NCBI GenBank assembly: GCA_038087875.1
Contig: CM075988.1
Coordinates: 27,220,001 to 27,284,000, forward strand
Origin: Malacoraja senta
Taxonomy: Eukaryota
Direction of reading: 5' to 3'
DNA length: 64,000 nt
Positions 11,825-26,495 of the stretch are shown here, piece by piece (position 1 is the first letter of the stretch; each line of letters starts with the position of its first letter). The notes under the pieces are model-generated. The model was given only the letters and a program-made list of their open reading frames with translations, made no database searches and was not told the origin of the DNA. The translations under genes were made by a program, and so were the position numbers.

Positions 11825-12314
11825 TGTTTTATTGTCATGTACCGAAAAGGACCAATAACATTCTTACTTGCTTCAGCACAACAGGTTTGTAAACACAGTA
11901 CTCATGGATCATATAATAAACATACATTAAAGAGGAAGATCATAAAAAAATAAACCAATATAATGCAAAAAACCAAAACTAAGCCTGAAGTCTCTATCTC
12001 TCTAGTATGAAGTATCTCAAAAGTAAACTAAAGTCCCGAGTCCAACCAAGGCAGTTTGTAGTTTGGAGTGTGGATAGAGCTCATAGTGATCGAATATGAT
12101 TGATAGTCTGATAGTTGTTGCGTAGAAGCCGTTCCTCAACTTGGATGCTAGTTTTCAGACTCCTATACCTCCTGCCCAATGGCAGAAGTGAAATGAGAGC
12201 AGGGCTACGATGGTGTGGGTCCTTGATGATGTTGGCTACCTTTTAGAGACAGAGCCCTTGATAGGTCCCTTCAATGATGGGGAGGTCAGTGCCCATGATG
12301 GACTGGGCAGTGTC
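11825..12314 (-). mobile_element. Rex1/Babar LINE, degraded 3' fragment
   Basis: TTTATTGTCA tail and a degraded match to the 3' part of the Rex1 ORF at 54470-54700 (..LLPLGRRY..). Confidence 0.6.
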
Positions 12315-13885
12315 ATAGAATCATAGAATCATAGAGGAATACAGTGTGGAAACAGGCCCTTCGGCCCAACTCGCCCACACCGGCCAACAATGTCCCAGCT
12401 ACACTAGTCCCACTTGCCTGCGCTTGGTCCATAACCCTCCAAACCTGTCCTATTCATGTACCTGTCCAACTGTTTCTTAAATGATGGGATAGTCCCAGCT
12501 TCAACTACATCCTCTGGCAGCTTGTTTCAGATACCCACCACCCTCTGTGTGAAAAAGTTACCCCTCTGATTCCGATTAAATCTTTTCCCCTTCAACTTGA
12601 GCCTATGTCCTCTGGTCCTCGATTCCCCTATTCTGGGTAAAAGACAGTGCATCTACCCGATCGATTCCTCTCATGATCTTATACACTTCTATAAGATCCC
12701 CCTCATCCTCCTACGCTCCATGGAATAGAGACCCAGCCTACTCAACCTCTCCCTATAGCTCACACCCTCTAGTCCTGGCAACATCCTCGTAAATCTTTTC
12801 TGAACCCTTTCAAGCTTGACAATATTTTTCCTATAAAATGGGGCCCAGAACTGAACACAATATTCTAAATGCGGTCTCACCAACTTCTTATACAACTACA
12901 ACATGACCTCCCAACTTCTATACTCAATACTCTGACTGATGAAGGCCAAAGTGCCAAAAGCCTTTTTGACCACCTTATCACCTGCAACTCGACATTAATG
13001 GAACCATGCATTTGTACTCCTAGATCCCTCTGTTCTACAACACTACCCAGAGGCCTACCATTTACTGTGTAGGTCCTGCCCTTGTTCGACGTCCCAAAAT
13101 ACAAAACCTCACACTTCCAAGTACTAAATTCCATCAACCATTCCTTTGCCCACCTGGCCAATCGATCCAGATCCTGCTGCAATCGTTCACAACCATCTTC
13201 ACTATCTGTAAAACCACTAACTTTTGTATCATCAGCAAACTTGCTAATCTTGTCCTGTATGTTCTCATCCAAATCATTGATATAGATGACAAACAGTAAC
13301 AGGCCCAGCACCGAACCCTGTGGCACACCACTAGTCACAGGCCTCCATTCTGAGAAGCAACCTTCCACTATCACCCTCTGCTTCCTTCCATGGAGCCAAA
13401 TGCCTGTATATCCTATCCCTCAGAATACTCTCCAGCAACTTACCAACTACAGATGTTAAGCTCACCGACCTATAGTTCCCAGCATTTTCCCTGCAGCCCT
13501 TCTTGAAAAGAGGCACAACATTTTCCACCCTCCAGTCTTCCGACACCTCTCCTGTATTTAACGACGACTCATAAATTTCAACCAGGGCTCCTGCAATTTC
13601 CTCTCTAGTTTCCCGCAATGTCCTCGGATATATCAGATCAGGCCCTGAAGATTTCTCTACCTTCAAACATGACAGTACCTTCAGTACTTCCTCGACAGTA
13701 ACCCTGACTGCTCTCATGACATTTCCAGTGACTGCTCCAATTTCCTCCATCCTACTGTCTTTCTCCTCAGTAAATACAGAAGAGAAATACTCATTGAGGT
13801 CCTTGCCTATCTCCTGTGGCTCCACACAGATGTGACTTTTGATTTCTGAGAAGTCCCACTCTATCTTTAGTTACACTTTTCCCCA
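12315..13885 (-). mobile_element. CR1 LINE (second subfamily), 5'-truncated with an internal deletion
   Basis: [47 protein letters not shown]; (ATAGAATC)n tail; RT segment missing near 13395. Confidence 0.93.
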
Positions 13886-13887
13886 AA

Positions 13888-14215
13888 TCTCTATACCTAT
13901 AAAAGTCTCATTTTGTATGAGTGTGCATGTGTCTTTGTATTTTCGCCAAAACGCTACGCAGTAGCGCTTAAATTTTTACATATTGTGACTCACATTTTGC
14001 CCCTCCACGCAGTGATCAGGTTCACTTAAGATTTGATCCTATATTTCACAAGTTAATGGTGAATACATTTTTTTAACAATACAAAACGGCCTTTTTAACT
14101 GCCTTTCACACACAGATTCTTCAACCAGCTTCGACTGATGACGTCACAATGTCATGGGCGGGCACCATGGCTCGGGTCGGCGCCCGTTTCACACACGTCC
14201 GCCCGCGACCTCGAT
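13888..14215 (+). mobile_element. Non-autonomous Helitron-like 5' fragment
   Basis: Starts TCTCTATACCTATAAAAGTCTCATTTTG and contains AAAACGCTAC; resembles the 5' ends of the Helitron at 42359 and 43064. No 3' CTAG end found. Confidence 0.5.
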
Positions 14216-14383
14216 CGCTTGGCCCATATCCCTCTAAACCTGTCCTATCCATGTACCTGTCTAACTGTTTCTTAAACATTGGGATAGTCCCTGCCTCAAC
14301 TACCTCCTCTGGCAACTTGTTTCATACACCCACCACCCTGCTACCTCTCAGATTCCTGTTAACTCTTTTCTCCTTCACCTTAA

Positions 14384-15035
14384 GGCAGTGAAGAAAGCGA
14401 ATGGCATGTTGACCTTTATAACAAGAGGAGTCGAGTATAGGAGCAAAGAGGTCTTTCTGCAGTTGTACAGGGCCCTAGTGAGACCACACCTGGAGTATTG
14501 CGTGCAGTTTTGGTCCCCTAATTTGAGGAAGGACATTCTTGCTATTGAGGGTGTGCAGCGTAGGTTTACAAGGTTAATTCCCGGGATGGCGGGACTGTCA
14601 TATGCTGAGAGAATGGAGCAGCTGGGCTTGTACACTCGGGAGTTTAGAAAGATGGGAGGGGATCTTATTGAAACATATAAGATTGTTAAGGGTTTGGACA
14701 TGCTAGAGGCAGGAAACATGTTCCTGATGTTGGGGGAGTCCAGGACCAGGAGCCACAGATTAAGAATAAGGCGTACGCCATTTAGAACGGAGACGAGGAA
14801 ACACTTTTTCTCACAGAGAGTTGTGAGTCTGTGGAATTCTCTGCCTCAGAGAACGGTGGAGGCCAGTTCTCTGGATACTTTCAAGAGAGAGCTAGATAGG
14901 GCTCTTAAAGATAGTGGAGTCGGGGGATATGGGGAGTAGGCAGGAACGGGGCACTGATTGGGGATGATCAGCCATGATCACATTGAATGGCGGTGCTGGC
15001 TCAAAGGGCCGAATGGCACCTGCACCTATTGTCTA
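14384..15035 (+). mobile_element. CR1 LINE 3' fragment inserted into an older minus-strand CR1 fragment (14216-15235)
   Basis: ORF 14388-14939 is the CR1 C-terminus plus 3'UTR; the host resumes in register (..CACCTT | AAACCTATGTCC..). Confidence 0.9.
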
Positions 15036-15773
15036 AACCTATGTCCTCTGGTCATCGATTCATCTACTAAGGGCAGGAAACTCTGTGCATATGCCCAATC
15101 TATTCCTCTCATGATTTAGACAACCTCTTTAAGATCACCCCTCATCCTCCTGCGCTGCAGGCTACTCAACCTCTCCCTATAGCTCAGACCCTCTAGTCCT
15201 GGCAACATCCTTGTAGATCTTCTCTGTACCCTTTGTATGACACTATTACTCAATGGCTCACCGCTCGAAACCGTCGAAATCTCAGAAACTGGAGTTCAAG
15301 TCCCAGGTGGCAGCTAAGGAACATATCCAGGTAACTAAATAAACCTTTATTTTTAAAAAGGTGGTGTAAATTACTATATTATCACAAAATCCCTAGTTTA
15401 ATAATGTCCACTGACAAATTCTTACCCATTCTTACCCATTCTTACCCATTTTAACCTATAATTGACATCAACCCATGTCCTCATCCCCTTCCCCCATTCA
15501 GGAGCAAGGAGAGGTGGTTAATACATTTCAGCATTGTCTGTGACATCCATATCCTATGATTATTTAAGCAAGTAAAAATAAATATACAATCAATTAGAGT
15601 GAGAGCACGAGTTTGATGCTCAGTTACAGAGCAGCTTCAGGTGCCATAACACTGGTATTGATTTATTATAAGCTCAAGGGTTAGAGGAACAGTCGTTAAA
15701 TCAGTTTTATGTTGATACCATTTATGAATGATTAATGGTACTTGTCAACTTTGGCATCTAAAAAACACATAGA

Positions 15774-15925
15774 TTGACACAAAATGCAGGAGTAACTGAA
15801 GAAGGGTCTCAACATGAAACATCACCCATTCCTTCTCTCCAGAAATGCTGCTCAACCCACTGGGTTACTCCAGCTTGTTGTGTCTATTTTCGGTTTAAAC
15901 CAGCATCTGCAGTTCCTTCTTACAA
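15774..15925 (+). repeat. Probable Penelope-derived short repeat with a hammerhead-like core
   Basis: CTGAAGA-AGGGTCTCAACAT-GAAA-CATC at 15796-15823 plus the family right arm. Confidence 0.7.
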
Positions 15926-16629
15926 ATCTAAAAATCATGGCTAGCAAAACAGAACATATCATGCCCAGCAAAACAGAATAAGCATTAACTTGAAAACTCA
16001 ATTCCTGATGAAATTCAGGCCCAACATGGGTTAGAAGAGAAAATTGGCTGTTTAGATCGCAGTCACTCCCCACTACCTTATACTCCCCCTACATACCACA
16101 CCCACATAGTGGGAAGAAAATTGCTCTCCAAGTGGCAATAATAGACCTTTCTTCTTGCTCAACCATGTAGGACCCGTCTGTAAAAATCAATTGTGAAAAT
16201 AAATTGCATTTCCCAAGAACATTTTCCCAAAATCTTTGCATGAGTTCCCATAAGGGCAATATGATCCTGGCATTGGCTTGCACATCAGAGAGACCCTCCT
16301 GTCCTTCTTCAACATAGTGTTTGTATTGTTTGGGACCACAGTTAACAGCATCTGGCCAGTGGGTGTCTAATCCACATAGGTACCTTTCTACTTGTTTGAC
16401 GCATCTGGATGGATCTGCTTCTTCTATCAGTCTGCCGTAGGATACAAAGATGGCCCAGCTCCTCGGAAAACAGACATGGCTCTTTAGCCCATTGTGTGCA
16501 GAGCTCATCAAGCTTTAAGAATGGCACTTTTAGTTGAGGACCACAGGCCATTTTTTCTCATTGCGCATCTACTGTATCCTCAGGCTGAAGCAGAATGCAG
16601 CATCTTAGATCAGTATTCATGGAAGGATA

Positions 16630-16945
16630 TGGAGTCATAGATTAATACAACTTGGAAACAGGCCCTTTAGCCCTACTTATCCATGCCGACCAAATGCCCC
16701 ACCTAAACTAGTCCCATTTGCCTGCATCTGGCCCATATGCCTCTAAACCTTTTCTAACTGTGTAGCTATCTAAATGTCTTTTAAATGTTGTTATAGTACC
16801 AGCCTCAATTACATCCTCTTGCAGCTCATTCCATATACCCACCACCCTCTGAGTGAAAAAGTTGCCCCTCGGGTTCCTATTAAATCACTCCCCTCTTACC
16901 TCAAATCTATGTTCCTGGTTCTTGATTCCCCTACTCTGGGTAAAT
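16630..16945 (-). mobile_element. CR1 LINE 3' fragment
   Basis: Matches the 3' end of the CR1 at 12315-12640. Confidence 0.75.
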
Positions 16946-18799
16946 GAATTTAACTTCATTAAGATTTTGTACTTATTTGGGCTTGGTTAAGTTCAGGAAA
17001 GAAAAGATACATGGTGCCTTTCTTGCTTGATTAAAGCACCAATCACCAGACCCACATTGAGCAAGTCTTAATCAGGGGTAAACAGGAAATGCTGATTGAA
17101 TAATTACCCTGGCACCACCTCTGAAAAACAATGGTGACCAGTCCCAATACTTTACAATTTGTTATGGCAAGAGAGAGATGCAGAATTCCTGTGATGTTTC
17201 TGAGGCAATTTCATCAGAAAAACAATGGTAAATTCTGGTACTGAGACCAACCATTTAAGATAACAAGTCTAAGTAGACACATTGCAACTTTTCTCATTAA
17301 TTGAAGAGCCTGGTTCTCTTCAATTTATATAGCTTCACTTTAAATGTGTTCGTGAAAATGTCCTGTTTTATTACACTAAAATCAATACTGTCTCTGTACT
17401 AGAGATAATGTAACCTAAAACATGGAGCACAGTCTGAACGTCCTTGTATCCATTACTACTGTCCTCTAATCAACATTGGCATGCCAGTTATTACTTAACA
17501 AAGGATCAGGACAAGATTATACTCACACACTCATTTCAATTTGCAAGTCCATTTCCCTCAATGATCCTGAGGTTTTTGGCATATTCATTATTCTTCACAT
17601 ATTAATTGTGCTGGATTACATCAGGATGCGAGATATGCAAGTTAGCTTATATTACATATACTATAAAGACATCAAAAACATAGAACAGCAAAGGAACAGA
17701 TCTTTCATCTCGCCATGTCTATGCCAACCATAATGCCAGTCTAACTAATTCAATTTGCCTGCACATGATCTCCCACTATTCCCTGCGTGATCATATGCCT
17801 TTATAAATGCCTCTTAAATGTTGCTGTCACATCCCCAGGCAGTGCATTCCAGGCACCGACCAATCTCTCTGTATAAAACTTGCCTTGCATATTTCCCCCG
17901 CTCCCGTTAACAAATGCCTTTACTTCAGTATTTGACAGTTCCAACGTGGGAAATGACTGCCTGTCCATCCTTATAGCTAATACCAATCCAGGAAAAATCC
18001 TGGTGAACCTCTTCTGCACCCTCTCCAAAGCCCCCACATCCTTTGTAATAGTGAGACAACAAGAATGTAGCAGTATAATGTGTAGAATATACATAAGGAA
18101 AAAATTATTGGAAAGTTTAAATAAAGTAGAGGATGCTTATGTTGCGTGTGTGAGTGAAAAGCTTGTTGCTGTAATGTAATATTCACATAATACAATCTAA
18201 TTTAAGAGAAAGGGTCAACAAAGACAACAGACCAATGAAAAAATATGGATAACAATATAATGTAGGGAAAGTAATGTTACATTCCCATACAATTCAGGAA
18301 GATGTTGGGCAGGCTGGGAGTTATTCTATTCTACATTATATACACAGGCAGGCAGAGGAGATTAACTTTGCATCATGTTTGGCATGGACATTGTGTGTCA
18401 AAGGGTCTGTTCCTGTTCAATATATTCTATGCTCTTATTCTTTGGAGCATAAGAGACTGAGGGGTGATATTACAGTGGTGTTTCAAATCATGAGGGGCAT
18501 ATTTAGGGTCAATGCACATCACATTTTTCCCAGGATTGGGGATTCAAGAATCAGAGGACATATCTTTAAGGTGAAGGGATAGATTTAATAGGAACCTGAA
18601 GGATAACGTTTTCACTCTGAGGGTGTTATATACCAGAGGTAGTGGTTGAGGCAAGTAGAACATTTGAAAGATATTTGAACAAGTACATGAACAGATAAAG
18701 TTCAGAAGTGTATAAACATCAACATAGAAGGGTACCTTGGTCAGTCATGGACGACTTGGACCAAAATGCCTATTTCCACGCTGTATGACTAACATTCAA

Positions 18800-21612
18800 T
18801 ATAGATACAAAGATACATAGAAAATAGGTGCAGGAGTAGGCCATTCAGCCCTTCGAGCCTGCACTGCCATTCAATATGATCATGGCTGATCATCCAACTC
18901 AGTATCCCGTACCTGCCTTCTCTCCATACCCCCTGATCCCTTTAGCCACAAGGGCCACATCTAACTCCCTCTTAAATATAGCCAATGAACTGGCCTCAAC
19001 TACCCTCTGTGGCAGAGAGTTCCAGAGATTCACCACTCTCTGTGTGAAAAAGTTTTTTCTCATCTCGGTCTTAAAGGATTTCCCCCTTATCCTTAAGCTG
19101 TGACCCCTTGTCCTGGACTTTCCCCAACATCGGGAACAATCTTCCTGTATCTAGCCTGTCCAACCCCATAAGAATTTTGTACGTTTCTATAAGATCCCCT
19201 CTCAATCTCCTAAATTCTAGCGAGTATAAGCCAAGTCTATCCAGTCTTTCTTCATATGAAAGTCCTGACATCCTAGGAATCAGTCTGGTGAACCTTCTCT
19301 GCACTCCCTCTATGGCTATAATGTCCTTCCTCAGATTTGGAGACCAAAACTGTATGCAATACTCCAGGTGTGGTCTCACCAAGACCCTGTACAACTGCAG
19401 TAGAACCTCCCTGCTCCTATACTCACTGCCTGCCATTGTGAAAAGGACCCGTTTACTCCTACTCTTTGCTTCCTGTTTGCCAGCCAGTTCTCTATCCACA
19501 TCAATACTGAACCCCCAATACCGTGTGCTTTAAGTTTGTATACTAATCTCTTATGTGGGACCTTGTCGAAAGCCTTCTGAAAGTCCAGATACAACACATC
19601 CACTGGTTCTCCCCTATCCACTCTACTAGTTACATCCTCGAAAAATTCTATAAGATTCGTCACACATGATTTACCTTTCGTAAATCCATGCTGACTTTGT
19701 CGAATGATTTCACCACTTTCCAAATGTGCTGCTATCCCATCTTTAATAACTGACTCTAGCAGTTTCCCCACTACCGATGTTAGACTAACTGGTCTGTAAT
19801 TCCCTGTTTTCTCTCTCCCTCCCTTCTTAAAAAAGTGGGGTTACGTTTGCTACCCTCCAATCCTCAGGAACTACTCCAGAATCTAAAGAGTTTTGAAAAA
19901 TTATCACTAATGCATCCACTATTTCTGGAGCTACTTCCTTAAGTACTCTGGGATGCAGCCTATCTGGCCCTGGTGATTTATTGGCCTTTAATCCATTCAA
20001 TTTACCCAACACCACTTCCCGACTAACCTGGATTTCACTCAGTTCCTCCATCTCCTTTGACCCGCGGTCCCCTGCTATTTCCGGCAGATTATTTATGTCC
20101 TCCTTAGTGAAGACGGAACCAAAGTAGTTATTCAATTGGTCCACCATATCCTTGTTCCCCATGATCAATTCACCTGCAAGGGACCTACATTTGTTTTAAC
20201 TAATCTCTTTCTCTTCACATATCTATAAAAACTTGTGCTGTCAGTTTTTATGTTCCCTGCCAGTTTTCTTTCATAATCTATTTTCCCTTTCCTAATTAAG
20301 CCCTTTTGTCCTCCTCTGCTGGTCTCTGAATTTCTCCTAGTCCTCTGGTATGCTGCTTTTTCTGGCTAATTTGTACGCATCATCTTTTGCTTTGATACTA
20401 TCCCTGATTTCCCTTTTTATCCACGGATGCACTACCTTCCCTGATTTATTCTTTTGCCAAACTGGGATGAACAATTTTTGTAGTTCATCCATGCAGTCTT
20501 TAAATGCCTTCCATTGCATATCCACCGTCAACCCTTTTAGAACTAATTGCCAGTGAATCTTGGCCAATTCACGTCTCATACCCTCAAAGTTACCTTTCTT
20601 TAAGTTCAGAACCGTTGTTTCTGAATTAACAATGTCACTCTCCATCCTAATGAAGAATTCAACCATATTATGGTCACTCTTGCCCAAGGGGGCACGCACA
20701 ACAAGACTGCTAACTAACCCTTCCTCATTACTCAATACCCAGTCTAGAATAGCCTGCTCTCTCGTTGGTTCCTCTACATGTTGGTTTAGATAACTATCCC
20801 GCATACATTCCAAGAAATCCTCTTCCTCAGCACCCCTGCCAATTTGATTCACCCAATCTATATGTAGATTGAAGTCACCCATTATAACCGTTTTGCCTTT
20901 GTTGCATGCATTTCTAATTTCCTGTTTGATGCCATCCCCAACTTCACTACTACTGCTAGGTGGCCTGTACAAAACACCCACCAGCGTTTTCTGCCCCTTA
21001 ATGTTTCGCAGCTCTACCCATACCGATTCTACATCCTCCAAGCTAATGTCCTTCCTTTCCACTGCGTTAATCTCCTCTCTAACCAGCAACGCTACCCCAC
21101 CTCCTTTTCCTTTCTCTCTATCCCTCCTGAATATTGAATATCCCTGGATGTTCAGCTCCCAGCCTTGGTCACCCTGGAGCCATGTCTCCGTGATCCCAAC
21201 TATATCATAATCATTAATAGCTATCTGCACGTTCAACTCATCCACCTTATTACGAATGCTCCTTGCATTGAGACACAAAACCTTCAGGCTTGTTTTCACA
21301 ACCCTCTTACCCCTTATACAATTATGTTGAAAAGTGGCCCTTTTTGATTTTTGCCCTGGATTTGTCTGCCTGCCACTTTTACTTTTCACCTTGCTACCTA
21401 TTGCTTCCGCCCGCATTTCACACCCCTCTGTTTGTCTGCTCACCCATTTAAGAACCCCACCACCTCTTATTCTCTGTTTATTATTGTTTTCTTCTTTCCC
21501 CTCTACATGTTGGGTCTGAGTGCTTTCCTTCTCTGCCTCCTGCCTCACACACTGTCTAATAGCTTTCTCTATTTGAGTCCCTCCCCCCAACCATTCTAGT
21601 TTAAAGTCTCCC
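18800..21612 (-). mobile_element. CR1 LINE with APE endonuclease and RT, internally deleted
   Basis: APE domain CLNARSIRNK..ITETWL..YRPP..GDFN..SDH (ORF 20337-21590); RT N-half [26 protein letters not shown]; deletions near 20175 and 19425; intact 3'UTR; ORF1 end (GETLN*) near 21600. Confidence 0.96.
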
Positions 21613-22269
21613 CAATATCACTTCCATATTCTGCCTTAACCACAGTATTCCAGTGAAAAACAGGCTATCCTCCTTCCCACTCTTACAGACTTTCCTCCTT
21701 CCCGCTGTCATGCTGCAATCTAAACACTCTCCTTGTGAATCTAAAGACTACATTTACATCTTCACCATTGTCCATGCCAGGCAATATTTTCTTTTTTGAT
21801 GAGTTTACAGAACTAGTAATGCCCACCCGGCCAGTGGTTGCTGGTTTCATCTCAAACTACATCAATAAAGGCACTTAGAGCAGGACACAGCTTGGTTTTG
21901 GCAGAAAAACGATTATTCCTCTCACCCTTTCAAAATGAATAAGCCATTATCTCTTTCCAGATGAGGGGAGAAAATATATGGTTATTCAATTTGTCTATTG
22001 CATTCAGGTGACATGTCCTTAAATTGAATATGTATTTATGTAAAAATCTTCCAAACAGCCCGTTGCATTTTAACCCACATTTAGCATCCTGAATTGCACT
22101 AAGGTATTATCCAATTTACTTTATAAGATTTAATGTCATTTATGTTATTTAGTGCTGAAATTTCAGACTTTTCAACAACACAGCTATTTAAAACACCAAA
22201 GGCCTTGCCTTAAGTTGGTTGGTTATTCTAGTTTTGTTGGTTATTTTGGTGATCTGAATTTATGCAGCT

Positions 22270-23570
22270 CGAGTCAGCATGGATTTACGAAGGGTAAATC
22301 ATGCTTGACTAATCTTCTGGAATTTTTTGAGGATGTAACTAGAAAAATGGGCAAGGGAGAGCCAGTGGCTGTAGTGTACCTGGACTTTCAGAAAGCATTT
22401 GATAAGGTCCCACATAGGAGATTAGTGGGCAAAATTAGGGCACATGGTATTGGGGGTAGAGTGCTGACATGGATAGAAAATTGGTTGCCAGACAGGAAAC
22501 AAAAAGTAGGGATTAACGGGTCCCTTTCAGAGTGGCAGGCAATGACTAGTGGAGTACTGCAAGGCTCGGTGCTGGGACCGCAGCTATTTACAATATACAT
22601 CAATGATTTAGATAAAGAGATTCAAAGTAACATTAGTAAATTTGCAGATGACACAAAGCTGGGTGGCAGCGTGAACTGTGAGGAGGATGCTATGAGAATG
22701 CAGGGTGACTTGGACAGGTTGGGTGAGTGGGCAGATGCATGGCAGATGCAGTTTAATGTGGATAAATGTGAGGTTATCCATTTTGGTAGCAAAAACAGGA
22801 AGGCAAATTATTATCTAAATGGTGTCAAGTTAGGAAAAGGGGAAGTACAACAGGATCTGGGGGTCCTTGTTCATCAGTCAATAAAAGTAAGCATGCAGTA
22901 TAGCAGGCACTGAAGAAAGCAAATGGCATGTTGGCCTTCATAACAAGAGTTGAGTATAGGAGCAAAGAGGTCCTTCTGCAGTTGTACAGGGCCCCAGTGA
23001 GACCACACCTGGAGTATTGTGTGCAGTTTTGGTCCCCTAATTTGAGGAAGGGCATTCTTGCTATTGAGGGAGTGCAGCGTAGGTTTACAAGATTAATTCC
23101 CGGGATGGCAGGACTGTCATATGCTGAGAGAATGGAGTGGCTGGGCTTGTATACTCTGGAATTTAGAAGGATGAGAGGCAATCTTATAGAAACATATAAG
23201 ATTATAAAGGATTTGGACACGCTAGATGCAGGAAACATGTTCCCGGTGTTTGGGGAGTCCAGAACCAGGGGCCACAGTTTAAGAATAAGGGGTAAGCCAT
23301 TTACAACGGAGATGAGGAAACACTTTTTCACACAGAGGGTTGTGAGTCTGTGGAATTCTCTGCCTCAGAGGGCAGTGGAGGCCTGTTCTCTGGATACTTT
23401 CAACAGAGAGCTAGATAGGGCCCTTAAAGATAGCGGAGTCAGGGGATATGGGGAGCAGGGAGGAACGGGGTACTGATTGGGGATGATCAGCAATGATCAC
23501 ATTGAATGGTGGTGCTGGCTTGAAGGGCCGAATGGCCTACTCCTGCACCTATTATCTATTGTCTATTGAC
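22270..23570 (+). mobile_element. CR1 LINE, 5'-truncated (RT plus 3'UTR)
   Basis: [35 protein letters not shown]; (TCTATTG)n tail. Confidence 0.95.
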
Positions 23571-24809
23571 ATAGATACCCCTGTCGCTCTAACATTTAGT
23601 TAAGAATGCACAATAATCCCCATAAAATGGGTGACATGGTGGTGTAGTTAGTTGAGCTGCTGCCTCCCAGCTCCAGTGACCCAGTTCATCCGTCATTTCT
23701 GGTGGCTGTGTGAAGCATTCTTCCTGTAATCCAGTTTCATTGAACATATAGAACATAGAACAGTATAGCACAAGAACGCCCTTCGGCCCACAAAGTCTGT
23801 GCCCAACACGATGTCAAGACCATCATCTCCACAACTCATATCTTTCCATTTTCTGCATATCCATGTGCCTATCCAAAAGTATTTAAAAAACCACTGCCGT
23901 ATCTGCATCAACTTCTACCACCACCTCCGGCAGCACATTCCAGACACTCACCACCCTCACTGTAAAAAAACTTGCTCCACTCATCTCCTTTAAACATTGC
24001 TCCTCTCATCCTAAAACATATGCCCTCTCATATTTGATTTTTCCATACTGATAAAAGGATTCTGACTGTCTACTAATTCTGTGTCTGACTGTTTCCCCCA
24101 CATCTCAGTGATGTGTGGGTCATCATGCTGATAGGCAACTATAAATTACCTCTAGTGTACAGGCTGGGGCACAAAACCTGCAGGGTACTGATGAGAATGT
24201 GGAGATAATGTAGGATTGGTGTAACATGGTGCCTGACAGTTGGTGTGGTCTAGAGCTTGCTATGTAACATTTGACAAATCATGTTTTAACCAAAATATCC
24301 TCGCATTAAACATTGGCAAAACAAACTTTCTGAAGAAAGGTCCCGAACCGTACATATTTATCTATTTCTTTCCACAGATGTTGCCTGACTTGCTGAGTGT
24401 TTCCAGCATTATCCTGAGTTTATTTCAACTTTGCAGCAGCTTCTGTTTTGCTTTATTTTGAAAATCTCCTGCTTGGTTTGCATCATAAATAAAGATTAAT
24501 TGCTTCGCCCATCTAGGCTGTTGGCTCGAAATTGTGGAACCTGAACATTTGGTTCATTTTCAAGGTTTCATCATTCCAGCTGTGAAAATAAAGTAATTCT
24601 CTTCAGTTAATCACTACCTGCATCATCTCCAAGCTCAATGTTTCCAATCTAATTCTTTCATCAGCAACAAGCAACCTGCACTGATAGAGCACCTCGGACA
24701 TGGTGAAATGTCCGATAATGCTTGAGAGGTTGTGATGATAGCTGAACAAAAGCTTTGGAAGCTTTAAAGGCTCTTAAAGGATGAAAGAGAGACAAAGAGA
24801 ATCCAGAGT

Positions 24810-25260
24810 TTATAGACAATAGACGCAGGAGTAGGCCATCCTGCACCGCCATTCTCCGAGATCATGACTGATCATCCACAATCAGTACCCCGTCCCTGCT
24901 TTCTCCCCATATCCCTTGACTCCGCTACCTTTAAGAACTCTATCTAACTCTCTCTTGAACGCATCCAGAGAATCAGCCTCCACTGCCTTCTAAGAGGAGA
25001 ATTCCATAGATTCACAACTCTCTGGGTGAAAAAGTTTTTCCTCATCTCCGTTCTAAATGGCCGACTACTTATTCTTAAACTGTGGCCCCTGGTTCTGGAC
25101 TCTCCTAACATCCGGAACATGTCTCATGCCTCTAGCGTGTCCAATCCATTAATAATCTTATATGTTTCAATACGATCCCCTTACATCCTTCTAAATTCTA
25201 GTGTATATAAGCCCAGTCGGGCCATTCTTTCAACATATGACAGTCCCGCCATCCCGGGAA
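24810..25260 (-). mobile_element. CR1 LINE 3' fragment
   Basis: Reverse complement of the CR1 3' end seen at 23095-23570. Confidence 0.88.
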
Positions 25261-26204
25261 ATAAGGATTCACAAAATGACTGCTGGTGGTAGAGTGTTGA
25301 AAACAGCCATGTAACTGGAGTTGGAGAATAATGTCAGGAGAGTTATACATCTGTGAGAGGTTACACAAATAGCAAAGAGAAAAAGCCTTTGAAAATATAA
25401 ACTATACAAATCTTAAATTGATTTGATCTCAAACAAAAGTCAATCAGAGGTAATTCTGGCTGAGATTTCTGAGTTGCCGTTAAATATAGGTGATGTTAAA
25501 TATATGGCTAATGTGGCCTCTATTCAAGAAGGGCTGCAGGCAAAAGCCTGGGAATCACGACACAAAACATCGTCCATCCATGTCCTCCAGAGGTGCTGCC
25601 TACCCCATGTTATTCCAGCATGTGTGTTCTAGTGATGGTTGGAAGAAGAAATCATTCAGAGTTGAAGTAAATAAACTTCACAAGCATTAGAAGTGTCAGT
25701 TTTGAACTAAATATTCTCTTAGCCTCTCAAAATGTAAACATCTGCTGAGGGCTGTAGACTGTAATTTTTTTCCTGCTGTTATTTGTTTCCTTAGTCTTTT
25801 AGTCTTTCGGGTAGTAGTGGGGGGGGGGGGGCAGAAATCATCGCATTATTACATGATTTCAAACATAAATAAAAATGAAATCTTTCAATTTATGTGCAAA
25901 TGAACAGAAAACCACTTATACAACACGATTTATCCATATTCTGTTGTTCCTGGAAGCATCAAAATGCGAAATTGCTCATTATTCCCAATGAGGGCACACC
26001 TGACTTTGTAAGACAGAGATGTTAATGTGTCTCTCTGATAATTTCAAAAGCTGACCTGGTGTGGAAGGGCATTTATCCTTACATATGTAACTGGTAATGC
26101 CTCTGTCTCGATGAATTGTTTTGTGTGTGCAGTCAGTCACTTCATCTCAAATGCTGAATCCTCCCTGCTGCCCCATATCCATTTTTTTATAGAACAAAGT
26201 GGAG

Positions 26205-26495
26205 ATTTAGAGATACAGCCTGGAAACAGGTCCTTCGGCCCACTGAGTCCATGCTGACCATTGATTGCCCGTTTACACTAGTTCGCTGTTGTCCCACATT
26301 CACATCTACTCCCTGAACACTAGGGGCAATTTACCAAGGCCAGTTATCTTACAAATCCACATTGTTGCGATGTGGGAGGAATCCCATGTAGTCACAGGGA
26401 GAACATGCAAACTCCATGCAAGCGGTCAAGATTGAACCCAGGTCTCTGTTGCTGTGAGACAGTGGGTCTACCAGCTGTGTAACTATGCCACCCTA
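26205..26495 (-). mobile_element. HE1/V-type SINE
   Basis: Same tail, V-domain and head as 7058-7797. Confidence 0.75.

Noticed and set aside
16089..16551. 140-aa minus-strand ORF as a possible host exon
   Set aside because: No recognisable protein or convincing splice context; ..LWELMQRFWENV.. looks more like a decayed LINE C-terminus. Left uncalled.
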